64,000 nt of DNA from Mobula birostris. Taxonomy: Eukaryota. Below the pieces are notes generated by a model that worked only from the letters and a program-made list of their open reading frames with translations, was not told where the DNA came from and did not search any database. The position numbers and the translations under genes were made by a program. Where the stretch lies: positions 96,189,064-96,253,063 of the forward strand of contig NC_092371.1 of the NCBI RefSeq assembly GCF_030028105.1. Reading direction: 5' to 3'. This document shows, one piece after another, positions 35,416 to 47,929 of this stretch (positions are counted from its first letter, which is position 1; each line of letters starts with the position of its first letter).

Positions 35416-36602
35416 CACCGGGCCGCAAAGCATGCGCTACGCCGCGGCGAAACGATATGATTTGGCGACATGAGTCAGCTGCACCTTTCCTCATTCCCTG
35501 TCACGCCCACTGCTGAGCCTTTACGCACGCGAGGTCAATACCCGCGCGTCATCCATGTCAGCGCGGGAAGGAGATCAACTCCTCGAGCTTGTAAATGACG
35601 GCGGGCTGAAAAGTGTTTGACATAACATCTCTGCCGGCATTCCGGATCAATGTCAAGGCTGAATATGCTGAGATAGCTACGGAAGCACTAAAAACATTGC
35701 TTCCATTTCCAACATATCTCTGCGATGAATGTAACAAAAACTAAATTGCGGAATATACTGGACATAAGGAACCCCGTTCGAGTATCGCTGTCTCCCATCA
35801 CCCCTCGATTGGGCCGTCTTGTTGCAGGGAAACAAGTATTCAGCCCAGGGCTCCCACTGATTCAGCGATATTGGTGCGTTGCAATGATTTTATATGTTCA
35901 TACGAGGAAAATATGCGCTGTATGTTTAATATCCAAACGTTACTTAAAATGTTATGATGCTATTATAAGTGATTTATATAACCATATAACAATTACAGCA
36001 CGGAAATAGGCGATCTCGGCCCTTCTAGTCCGTGCGGAAAGGTACTCTCACCTAGTCTCACCGACCTGCACTCAGCCCATAACGCTCCATTCCTTTCCTG
36101 TCCATATAGATATCCAATTTTTCTTTAAATGATAATATCGAACCTGCCTCTACCACTTCTACTGCAAGTTCTTTCAACACAAACTTCAAGCTCCCCGTCC
36201 TCCGCTGATGATTGACTTATCACTATATTCATGCGAAGAAAATAAGCGCTGTGTGTTTAATATTAAATTCGTTAGATAAACCCTTTTAGAAACGAAATTG
36301 AGTGTATTAGCCACTTATTACCAATATTCCGGTCGTGATTAACACCACCCCCACCCCCGAACAGAATCGCCAAAAACGGTTTGCAGAGAAGAATAGCGGC
36401 AGGTACACGCATGCGCACTGGTACCCGCGCAAGGCTTCATGGTCATTGTAGTCTTTCTCGGGGCAAGCATTACTCTTGTCCGTTGGCAACCCTACCCCCC
36501 CCCCCCGCTCCCACCGCCCCCACCGCCCCCGGATCAGCCAGTCTGCAAGAATGTTGTCAATCTTAAACCGGTCCGCAGCGCAAAAAAGGTTGGAGACCCC
36601 TG
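35416..36602 (+). mobile_element. Non-autonomous hAT (Charlie-like) element inserted in the gypsy integrase
   Basis: Right end AAGGTTGGAGACCCCTG; 8-bp TSD ACTTAAAC (35408-35415, 36603-36610); remnant VKAEYAEIATEALKTLLPFPTYLC of the hAT C-terminus; left TIR truncated. Confidence 0.8.
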
Positions 36603-36859
36603 ACTTAAACGAATATCTGCTTTTCGTGAACTTTTTCCCAGTGTCCTTGGAAAGGAAAGTTTACAAGGTCGAATCAAAATAAGACACTTGTTTGCTAGAA
36701 TTACAGCTGGGAGAATTGTTATGGCACAAAATGGAGTCATGGAATCTGATAATGGAGTGGAAAAACATGTTTACCCACTGAATCTAGTCTCAGCAAAATG
36801 TCAGAATTCCATTGTTTTGGAAAATATTACTGATACGGTCCATCAGGTCATATAGTGCG

Positions 36860-39854
36860 CATGCGCCGGTCGTAATTGCGGCCTGTTACAGTTGCTCCGT
36901 AGTTTTTTACTTCTAAACTTTTTAACTTAGTTATTTGTTGTATTTTTTTTCTCACGGTAGCACGTTGGAGCTGCACCCTCTCTAACACGCTGGTAGAGAG
37001 AGTTTTACTTGTTTCTAGCGCTGGAAATAGTTACATTCGGACACGTCTCGTTAGCGTGGCAGCAGGATAGCCGCATTGCGTATTCCAGGGACCAACTGAT
37101 TGCGCTTATGCCCCCCGGTTCAGCAAACAGAGCAGCGGACATCCCGGCTGAAATCTGGAGGAAATCACACAGAGGATGCAGAGGGGAATCAAAAAGGCGA
37201 GGGAAGAGGACCGGGTCGGGACAACAGAGGCTTACGGAGAAGAGAAGTTATAAGCTGTGTCTCCCCTCTCTCATCATGGGAAATGTGAGATCGCCTGGGA
37301 ATAAAATCGACGAACTGACGGCGCTTGTCAGGAGTCAGAGAACATTTCGGGAGAGCAGTGTCATGTGCTTTACTGAGCCGTGGCTGAACGAGGGCATACC
37401 CGATCGAAGCGTTTCCATAGAGAGCTTCCAGACCGTTCGGGCTGACCGGAATTGCACTGAGAGCGGTAAGCGTAAAGGAGGGGGCTGGCGGTTCTGGTAA
37501 ACAACAGATGGTGCAATCCTGGGCATATTACTATCAAGGAACGTGTTTGTAGCCCGGATATCGAACTTTTTGCTGTTGGACTCCGGCCTTATTATTTGTC
37601 AAGGAAAATCTCGCATGCAATTATGGTTGTTGTGTACATTCCTCCCTCTGCCAACCCGACGTCGGTGTGTAACATCATTTACACCGTCATAGCCAGATTA
37701 CAAACCCAGCACCCGAGTGCCCTCATTACCATCTCGGGTAATTTCAACTATGTTACCATGGCTAGAACACTGCCCAAATTCACGCAGTATGTGAGCTGTA
37801 CAACCAGAGGGGAGAGGACTCCGGATTTGATGTACGCTAACGTTAAGGATGCATACAGCTCCTCTCCCCTCCCCCCACTGGGAAGGTCAGATCACAACCT
37901 GGTGCATCTAAAACCCTGCTACGTGCCCCTGGTGAAGAGTAAACCAGCAATCTCGAGAACAGTGAGAAAATGGTCGAAGGAGGCTTATGAAGCGCTCCAG
38001 GGTTGTTTTAAGGTGACAAACTGGCAGGCACTCTGTGAGCCACATGGAAAGGATATTGATGGGCTCACAGAGTGCATCACTGATTACATCAACTTCTGTG
38101 TGGACTGCAATGATCCGACAAGAACTGTCCTTTGTTATTCAAATAGCAAGCCACGGGTGACAAAGGACACTGAGGACATCCTGAACGCTAAAAAGAGGGC
38201 ATTTAGAGATGGAAATAGGGAGGAGCTGAGGGCAATACAGAGGGACCTGAAAGCCAGGATCAGGGAGGCTAAAGACAGGTATAGGAGGAAGCTTGAGTGG
38301 AAACTCCAGCAGAACAACATGAAAGAGGTCTGGAAGGGGTGGGGACCAGCACTGGGTTCCGGCAAACTAGCAACAGAGGAGCTGAACGCAGTGTGGACAG
38401 GGTCAATGAACTTAACCTGTTCTTTAACAGATTTGACATTGTAGCCTCTGCCCATCCTCCACATGAGCCATCTGTTGTCGGACCCAACCAACAACACATA
38501 TTCCACTCTCCCCCCTTACCCCTCCTCACAGTCCCCCACCCTGCTCTCATGACTATACCCCTTCCCCACACGAAACCACCACGGTGGGCTTCACAGCTGA
38601 ACAGGTGAGAAGACAGCTGAAACGTCTCAACCCAAGCAAGGCTGCAGGACCGGATGGTGTCAGTACCAGGGTGCTCAAAGCCTGTGCCCCTAGGGATGTG
38701 GAGTACTTCGCCATGTATTCAACCTGAGCCTGAGGCTCCGGAGGGTTCCTGTACTGTGCAAGACGTCCTGCCTCGTCCCTATACCGAAGACGCCGCGCCC
38801 CAGCGGCCTCAATGACTACAGACCGGTGGCATTGACCTCCCACATCATGAAGACCCTGGAGAGACTTGTTCTGGAGCTGCTCCGGCCTATGGTCAGGCCA
38901 CACTTAGATCCCCTCCAGTTCGCCTACCTGCCCCGACTAGGAGTTGGGGATGCCATCGTCTACCTGCTGAACCGTGTCTACGCCCACTTGGACAAGCCAG
39001 CAAGCACTGTGAGGGTCATGTTTTTTGACTTCTCCAGTGCATTCAACACCATCCGCCCTGCTCTGCTGGGGGAGAAATTGACAGCGATGCAGGTGGATGC
39101 TTCCCTGGTGTCATGGATTCTTGATTACCTGACTGGCAGACCACAGTACGTATGCTTGAAACACTGTGTGTCCGACAGAGTGATCAGCAGCACTGGGGCT
39201 CCACAGGGGACTGTCTTGTCTCCCTTTCTCTTCACCATTTACACCTCGGACTTCAACTACTGCACAGAGTCTTGTCATCTTCCGAAGTTTTCGGATGACT
39301 CTGCCATAGTTGGATGCATCAGCAAGGGAGATGAGGTTGAGTACAGGGCTATGGTAGGAAACTTTGTCACATGGTGTGAGCAGAATTATCTGCTGCTTAA
39401 TGTGAAAAAGGCTAAGGAGCTGGTGGTAGACCTGAGGAGAGCTAAGGCACCGGTGACCCCTGTTTCCATCCAGGGGGTCAGTGTGGACATGGTGGAGGAT
39501 TACAAATACCTGGGGATACGAATTGACAATAAACTGGACTGGTCAAAGAACACTGAGGCTGTCTACAAGAAGAGTCAGAGCCGTCTCTATTTCCTGAAGA
39601 GACTGGGGTCCTTTAACATCTGCCGGATGATGCTGAGGATGTTCTACGAGTCTGTGGTGGCCAGTGCTATCATGTTTGCTGCTGTGTGCTGGGGCAGCAG
39701 GCTGAGGGTGGCAGATACCAACAGAATCAACAAACTCATTCTTAAGGCCAGTGATGTTGTGGGGATGGAACTGGACTCTCTCACAGTGGTGTCTGAAAAG
39801 AGGATGCTGTCTAAGTTGCATGCCATCTTGGTCAATGTCTCCCGTCCACTACAT
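36860..39854 (+). mobile_element. Rex1/Babar-like LINE (endonuclease + RT), frameshifted, 3' end lost
   Basis: GNVRS..NKIDEL, CFTEPWL, LGRSDHNLV endonuclease motifs; ALTSHIMKTLERL, FFDFSSAFNTI, GAPQGTVLSP, FSDD RT motifs; clade assignment from recalled motif similarity. Confidence 0.78.
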
Positions 39855-40475
39855 AAAAGTGAGTTTGGCCATGCCACAGTTACATATCTGGGTTATGTAG
39901 TTGGCCAGGTCCACCTGGCTCCTGTACTGGCCAAGGTTCAAGCTGTTGCTCAAGTTCCTGTTCCGACTGGCAAGGAAGCTTTAAGAAGGTTTTTAGGAAT
40001 GGTTAGGTATTATTATAAGTGCTGTAAGAACTTTGCTGACATCGCTCTCCCCCTAACAAATCTCCTAGGGAAAAGTGAAAGATTTGTATGGAATGACCAT
40101 TGCCAGGAGGCATTTGAACGTCTGAAAATCATCCTGTGTTATCATCCTGTGCTCAAAGCACCAGATTTTTCAAACATATTTTCTATAGCAAAAGACGCTA
40201 GTGAAGAAGCTGCTGGTGCAGTACCGTTACAGGAAGTGAATGACATTTCTCAAAGAAATTTAATGAACACCGGAAAGATTATTCAACTGTTGAAAAGGAA
40301 TTATTAGCACTTATTCTGATCTTACAACAGTTTGAGGTCTATGTGCAGAGGCCTCGAAATCTTTCTGTTGCCCAGAGATCACTTGTAGTTTACATGGGTT
40401 ATAATCCGTTGATATTTCTAATTAAGGTGAAGAGTAAGAATAGAAGGTTGTTAAATTGGAGTCTGATATTACAAG

Positions 40476-41334
40476 TGTTATGTAAACGGCAACAATGAAT
40501 ATCAATCGAGGCAGGTTATATAAAAACAACCAAACATTTATTAAACACGGATAAACGATAAGGGAAAAAAAACGAAAACCTGAACCGGAAGTTAACAGAT
40601 ATGCAGCCGTTCACCAACTCGCCACTGGGCTCTGGTTCTTAACGCGTTAAATGCGAAAACAGTTCTTAAAGGGATAACTTCGAAAGTCCAACAGATTTAC
40701 ACGTTCAATTGGGAGAGACTTCTCTGGAGAAGGATTTCTTCACAGACGCAACTTTACCTCTGGTTCTGTCCACAGGATTCACGATGCCGAAAATAAACAG
40801 TTTAAATCGACTGACCTTAAATTCCTCTAGAGAGAGAGAGCATCTTTTTGCATGAACTCCTTTCTCTTTTTGGCAAGAGTTATCCTTAATGCAGTTAGCT
40901 ACTACTCCAACGAAGACTCATTAAGGTCGATCCTTTATGAAACTGCCAAACGATGCCGACTCCTCTCGATCCTGCACTTCAATAAATTCTTCACTCTCCC
41001 TTCTAATGTTGGAATTGAGTAAATCAACACATTTAGCAAAAATTTCCAGTCCAAATAATAATTGTATCTTGCAACAGAACGCACAGCCGTTTTAAAAATG
41101 AAACTGCGTCATAAAAACAAGCACGCAGCAGAAACGGAGATACAGCACGTTCTACCCGGAAATCTACAAACTAAAAAAAAACCCAGTGCGTCACCTGGGT
41201 CGACTCTTATATAGTCACGGAGGGCACGTGTCATCACGTGACCTCACATCGGCGGGAAAATCACATCAGGTGACCTCCAAAAGACCATTACATCATTCTC
41301 ACAAAAAAAAACAGATCTCCTTGAGCAGGTAACA
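40476..41334 (-). mobile_element. Solo LTR inserted in the gypsy RNase H
   Basis: TGTTA...TAACA termini, 4-bp TSD CAAG; removal restores WSLILQ/EYDLKIKHVKG; AATAAA and TATA-like motifs on minus. Confidence 0.85.
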
Positions 41335-43083
41335 CAAGAATATGACTTAAAAATCAAACATGTAAAAGGTACTGACAATATTATAGCTGATTAGTTATCC
41401 AGATATTAAGTTGGAAATTGTACACATTTTTGCTCTGTCATCTGATGATTTTACCTGTATTGTTTCAAACTCTGTACTTTACATTTAGACTAAAAAAAAA
41501 TTCTCGCCTTCGTCAGAATTTTTTTCTGAGGAAGGGGACTGTGACGGGGTCCTGAATTACCCCTATGAACTGTGCTTTTGAAAAGAGAGAGAGAGAGAGT
41601 TATTTGACACCGACATGTTGTTTTGAAAAGAGTGAGAGAGAGAGAGAGACTAAGACTAACTGTTGGACTGTCACTTTAAGGCACTGGAAGTAACTTTTGG
41701 ATTTCTGCTGATATACGTATATATATATATATATATAAAATCATTGCTAACCTGTTTGATTTATCTACATTTATATTACTGTATTCCGTAGTTACTAATA
41801 AATATTATTAGTTAATAGCAATACTAGACTCCAAAGTGTTTTCCATCTCTGCTGGTTCTTTATTCCCGTCACGGGGTACGTGACAACAATATACAACATT
41901 GCTATCCATCTCCTGACAAGCAGCCACAAAACAAAGAAACCCAATGTAACCCATTAAAAACGAAAGCCGTCAAACACCCACTGTACAGAAGGAAAAACAA
42001 ATCTTGCAAGCAAATAAAGTACGCAAATAGCATGCATTACTGAAGTTCACGAACAGCCGCAAAACCAGTCAGAATGTTATAGAAACAAGCCTTGCGGCCC
42101 CTTCTGTCGTTTCTAACCATCCACACGAATTGAAAATTAAAGCAATCGATTAAAGCAATGAATTAAAGCAAGAGGCTTTGATCATATTGGTAAATAAACC
42201 AATAGTGTATTCACATACTATCTTAATAAGACGGCAACTGCAATTTTTATTTATTTTTTTATTTATTTGCATGGCAATTCCGACCCAATAAGCCGCAAAG
42301 CCCAGCAATCCACCTATTAATCCTAGGCTAATCACAGGACAAATTATAATATCGATCTTTGGAATATGGGGGACGGGTGGAAACCCGCGCGTTCACGCGG
42401 AGGAACGTACGAATTCTTTACAGAGGACGTCGAGATTGAACTCCGAACTCCGCTACCGCAAGCTGTAAGAGCGTCGCGCTAACTTACACTACCGAGACGC
42501 TCAGGTTGTAAATCCCTTTCAAAGGATGGATGCGAATGCGCTGACATAAAAAGGAGTCGACCGTTTTGCATCTGGGCGTAGGGGTTAATTCCATGTGGAC
42601 AGGATATACTTAACTCTCTAGAGCAGCCTTTCTCAAACTTTTTGCCCTGGAGGAACCCTTGAAATACATGTCAGGTCTGCGTAACAATTATTATATCTAC
42701 AGCAGACGGTACGTTAGCGTGATCAGTAAGTTGTCAATATCATAATGCAATAATAATTGTCGATACTCTTTTCAGAACAGTACGAATTTTTAGCCAATTT
42801 TTTCTTTAAAAAAACAGGTAGTTAAGCTTAGCTTGCCTTTCTTGAAATTAATCTCTTACTTTCCCCTTCATAAATGTTAATAAGCTGAAGGAAAACATAA
42901 ATTTCTGTTACAGAACTGGCTTAAGACAAAATGGGATTTAATTTTTCTAAAGGTATGGTCGGTAGATTCAACTTAAATAAAGGTTGTAAATTAATTTCAA
43001 TTAATGCTATTTATAGCATGCAAAATTGTTTGCAATGTCCAAGGAGTGTGTTGTGAGAACATCAGAATTTTCTTTTTAACAGG

Positions 43084-43837
43084 TGTAACGCCCGGGTTAA
43101 GATTTTTACTGCTATGCTGTAGGTATTTCATTTTAGCCGTTCTGTAAGAGGAGTCTGTTCTGCTTTCAGCTTGTTTGGGTTTGAGCTAAAATAAGAGGTT
43201 TTGTTCTTCAACTTAGGAATGTGCTGCCACAGCCAATCAGGATAGTGGAATTGGGAGAAGGTTCTGGAGAACACTGCGTTGAAGGTTCTTGTTGGCGGGA
43301 GCGGGAAGAAGACAGGGGGAAAAGATGGCTGAGGATGCTGTGCCTGTTGCATAAGGTCTTCGTGTAGATGAATGGCTTCAAAAGGAAGAACCAATACTCC
43401 CGTGAGAGAGCCGTTTGTTCGAGATGGATTTCGAGCGACGCTTGGATGCTGGTGTGTGCTTTCACCAGACCGAGGGTCCAGCGCGTGAGTGACAGACAAG
43501 TTCAAGATGAGCTCCAACTTAACAACACATTTGACTGTTTTAGAGTAATGGGCCCTTTTTGTTTCTATTTTCTTTCTTTCATTTAATAACTATTTGTTTA
43601 AATCAACATTCTTAAATATATTTTATAAATTGTGTGCAGTGTACGATCTGTTATTTCCTGCCGGGGGCAGTGAATCATACAGCATTCACACAACCAGGAT
43701 TTGCCTGGACCAAAGTTGTATACACCCTAGTCGTACGAAGCTGGAGAAAGGTGGGTTTATCACCGCGGAATCCAATAGTTATTAGCGAGGGGCTAACGAG
43801 TTGGTTTTCCAGAGACAGCCAGTAAAAGCGGGTTTCA
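43084..43837. mobile_element. Solo LTR inserted in the hAT transposase
   Basis: TGTAAC...GTTTCA termini; flanks CAGG/CAAG; removal restores GSMRGYVS-LVKKENSD on minus. Confidence 0.7.
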
Positions 43838-44634
43838 CAAGAGAAACGTAACCTCTCATGGAACCAACCATTGATGGGGCACCATCAGTACAGACGTCGA
43901 CACAGTTCTCCCAAGATAGACACTTTGTTTCCAGATATGAAGACCAGACATTAAATATATCTAAGCCTTTTCTTTTTTCGGTCAGCTCTTTGCAACGATA
44001 AAAAAAAAGTTTTCTTGAATTTCACCATCATTTACAAATTTTACAAATGCTACAACATGACATTTTTTGGAGAAATCTGTTGACTCATCAACCTGGATAG
44101 AGAAGCTGTTGTTTTTCAGTTTATCACACAAAACCTCTTCAGTATCATGTGACATGTCGACAATACATCGACTATCATACCGTTTGTAGGTGAAATCTTT
44201 CAATTTTTCGTACTGCACCTTGCCCTAGAATTTTACCCATTATAATTTTACATCTTGGCATTGTTAAGTTCTCACCAACTGTGTGACGTTTCTTTTTGTG
44301 GGGAATAGCTTACTTCCGAAACCTTTTACTGACTGACTTTATTAACAAAAGCTTTACTCTGTTTGTTTTAAGCTTCCAATAGCTGCGTACAATAATTAGC
44401 CTTCTACGTGTCATACGGCTGTGATTTGTAGTTAAGTACCTTCTCAGTTTTGCTGGAGCCATTGCTGCATTTACAAGTGGTTTGTCACAGACTAGACACA
44501 ATGGAATAGGACAACTTGTATCACCAATCCATGTAAAACCCACTGAAAAGTAACTTCCATTATAAAGACGGATTATATAACAAGAAAGGCATAATACATA
44601 ACTGAACGAAAAAAACCGCAGAAAATGCGAAAAC

Positions 44635-44765
44635 TAAGCAAATATGCAGGTGCTAGAAATCGGAACAACACAGACAAAATGCTAGAGGGACTCAGCAGGC
44701 CAGGCAGCATCTATGGAAAAAAAAGTACAGTCGACGTTAGGAGCCAAAGCCCTTCGGCAGGACGG
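44635..44765 (-). mobile_element. Short Penelope-like fragment with degenerate hammerhead
   Basis: CAGCAGGCCAGGCAGCATCT...GTCGACGTT...CCCTTCGGCAGGAC resembles 11733-11872; core boxes mutated. Confidence 0.55.
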
Positions 44766-45629
44766 GTTCACAATACAATTCACTTCTAAACTACACAATC
44801 CACCTTTTGCAAAATTTACAACAACAGCAAAGCCAAAAGCTGAGCCTAAAACTTCCTTCTTTAGAATGGAAAGTTCTCTCCAATTCTCGCTACATTGGTG
44901 GTTTGTTCGCTCCCCTAAGTCATTCGGCGCCTGTAAAGGGAAGTTAGGGAAGTTAAGTGATAAGGAAGAGGCTGACGTCACAGCACAAGTTAGGCGAATC
45001 CCATTCAAAGTTCGGAAAACGCACTTCGCGCTCCTCATCAGCCAACCGTCGTCCCCTCCGTGTGATACAGCATTCACCAATTATCAGCCAACCGCCGTCC
45101 CCTCCGTGCAATACAGCGCTCACAAATTATCGACGCTCTCCCTATCTTGCGTCAAAAACTGAGAATGGTCTCAAGCAAATAAACGTGGTCCTGCCGCGCA
45201 CTGCCACACTGGGCTGAGAGAAATCTCGACCTCTAACGAGATTGCTAACGGGGCTGTTCGGTCACTGCCCACGGCTGCAAGCGCTAGAACCGCGAATTGC
45301 TCGAAGTTCAAAAAACTATGTTTTTTTTTATCACGGTCTGTCGAGGAATTCCTGGCGACCTCACGCGGAATCCCTGTTGAGAAACCCTACTGTAAATTTA
45401 AAGTGTTTCTTATTCATTAGAAGGTTGCCATTTGAACGCCATCATTTGGAGAATGACGCTGGCAACTGCAAGCAATTCAACTGCTCATCAATAGGCGGAA
45501 AATAAAGCAATAGCTAACTATAGGAACTGGTAAGAAGGCACTTGGAAAATAATTATGGGAATTGACAGAATCAGCATGGATTTATAAATGGTAATTAACG
45601 CTGAGGTGGTTGATTGGGGGCTATTAGTA

Positions 45630-46965
45630 GCCAAATGCAGAAGGTATAATCAATGGCATTGTGTATTTGGACTTTCAGAAGGCCTTCGAATGGAAGCATA
45701 ACAACGGGTTAATACTCAAGATTTAAAAGAAACACTGCATTAGAGGCAATATATTGACAGGGACTAAGGGTTAAGGGCTCGTTTTGTTTGGGTAATCGTG
45801 GCTATTCAGGTAGTTTCAGAGCTACTACCACTGTTGTTCACAATCTACGTCAATGATCTGTATACGGAGATCGGATGCAGGACATCCAAATTGTTTGCAT
45901 TGTGGGTTGTGAGGAGGATACAGTAAAGTGCAATGTGAATATAGAAACGGAAGAGGACTACCTTAACAGATTCCTAGAGGATATAATGGAACTAATAAAA
46001 TTGGCAACATTGGAGATATTGTGACTCCACACCCCTCCTCCGCCCTTCTGATGTTTGTCACTGGTTTCCAATACGCATGCTGCTCATTTGCATTCTAAAC
46101 TCCCAAACTTGTGGTCATATAAATCCATGTTGCTTGTGCCCTGACTTCGACTAAATCCCATTTACGCACACTTTCTGTGCGCTCCAGGCATATATTCGTT
46201 TCTGCATAGAACATAACTCATGTTGAAAATCTGAATCAGAATATAGTGGATCCCTGAACCAAAATCACTCAGCATAACGAACAGCTTCTGAGGAGTGAAT
46301 ATCAATGCTATCATCTGAAGTTAGTGATCTTACGTATTATTTCAGCATTCACAGTTGAGTTAAGGCACCCATTCCTTCTGTATTCCAAATCTAGAGAAGT
46401 TAGCTTTTTATAGCAGATGGGATCGACATTGCGATGTTGCAGAATGGAATATTAAGTTGTGACATTTAAAATTTTAAAGTCGATATTCCGACATCTTCTC
46501 CGATACCTTTTTTTGCTCCTCTCTCTTTAGTTTGTCATAATTAGCAGCAAACAAGTTTAATATTAATTTGGCTCATATTATTTCATGTTCCATTACGTAT
46601 AATGACAATTATTCCAAGGTGTTGCTGAAATTGTACAGGGTGCTCCCGAGAATACAGTACATGTGGAGTACTGATTTCAGTTTGTTTCTCTTTATCCAGG
46701 ATAGTTTATACATGCTTTGGAATTAATAACGCATAATGTTACTGCTGTCTTTCTGTAGTGTAGTCCTATTACCAGACACTTAAGAAGACTTAAATGTCTG
46801 ATAATAGGACTGCGCTACAGAAATACACCAGTAATATTATGCGTTATTAATTCCGTTAACGGATACCGGATTTCAGCAAAATGAGAGTTGCTTTCATTGC
46901 GACATGCAAAAAAATTTGGTGAATAACATGAATTTTAGAAGACCTTTCCTTTTGTTGTTAAATCC
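45630..46965 (+). repeat. Third partial copy of the duplicated cluster 3' flank
   Basis: Colinear with ~12550-13290 + 17040-17500 and ~1130-1650 + 4390-5420. Confidence 0.88.
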
Positions 46966-47929
46966 AGAACTAGAGAGAGCACTCCCGGGATAAGATCCAT
47001 TGTTTTAGAAGTCGAAAAACAGAGTATCCCTCTGTATCGATTATTTCAAATTTTCTTGCTCAAAGAGCTGAGGGTAATCCGTCACTCGGTGCATTCAGTG
47101 GTGAGACTGATAGGTTTTGGAACACAGCGGGGATCATCGATATAGGGATCAGCTGGAAAACAAGCAACTGATCGAGTAAACCATGATTTAACTTGAGGCA
47201 GGAATGGGCAGTGTACTTGGGGGTTGCAACGGTCCTACAGCAATATTCCAGTCTCTTTATTTATGTTCGTATGTTGTTAATTGCGAATAAGATTTTATAA
47301 AGGTACCATAAGAATCCGAACAAAATATAAAATATGACGTGAGTACAGACATGCTGAACTATGTTGGAATATATTTTGCTTCAATCTTGTCTTTTCAAAT
47401 CAATGCAAAACTGACAAATATAAGAACAGAACGCAAGCAGCAGTAGGCGGGAAATCTCGTCCATTGAACCCATTCTAATATCTAGGAAGATCATGGATGA
47501 TCGAGCTTTGCCTCGCCTCGACTTTTCAGCCTCTTCTTTTATAGACTGTCTCGCCGACGCCAAAGATATTATTTGGCTATGAATAAATACATTGATTCAG
47601 CCTCCACAACTCTCAAGGCTAGAGAATTCGAATTTCGCTATGTGCCGTGTGAAGAAATTCATCCTCACCTTATTGCAATGACTGAGCCCATTCGAAGCTG
47701 ATGTCCCTTTGTTCCAAATTCCACCAAGGGGAACACATCCTCAAAGCAACGTTTTTGTCACGTTCTCTTGGAACCTAATATAATTCAGAAGGATAATTTT
47801 TCGTACTTCTTATCTCCAAGAAATAATGATCAAAATGTCCCCATAAACCAGTGGCTTTTAAAGAATAATCCGACGTAAACAATGTGATTCACAAGATTCA
47901 ACAGCATAGATTAAATAGATTTGTACAGT

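Larger units (their letters stand above)
32670..41885 (+). mobile_element. Decayed Ty3/gypsy LTR retrotransposon with Gmr1-type order (IN before RT-RNaseH) and nested insertions
   Basis: 5' LTR 32670-33679, 3' LTR 41540-41885 (internally deleted at a CTGA microhomology), 4-bp TSD ACAA; gag-like coiled coil 33724-34194; IN Zn-finger FYWPSLRKDV...HTCQ ~35230-35400; RT/RH 39855-41410; PPT GAGGAAGGGGAC. Confidence 0.88.
42624..45389 (-). mobile_element. Decayed hAT (Charlie/ZBED5-like) transposon
   Basis: Ends CAGCCTTTCTCAAAC and GTTGAGAAACCCTA; left flank CTCTAGAG; transposase remnants FSIQVDESTD (43982-44218) and CLVC...PAKLRRYL (44310-44543); right TSD matches only 5/8. Confidence 0.75.

Noticed and set aside
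42263-46094. Additional ATTTGCAT octamers near 42265 and 46087
   Set aside because: Located in a SINE tail and an old CR1 remnant, with no downstream leader exon
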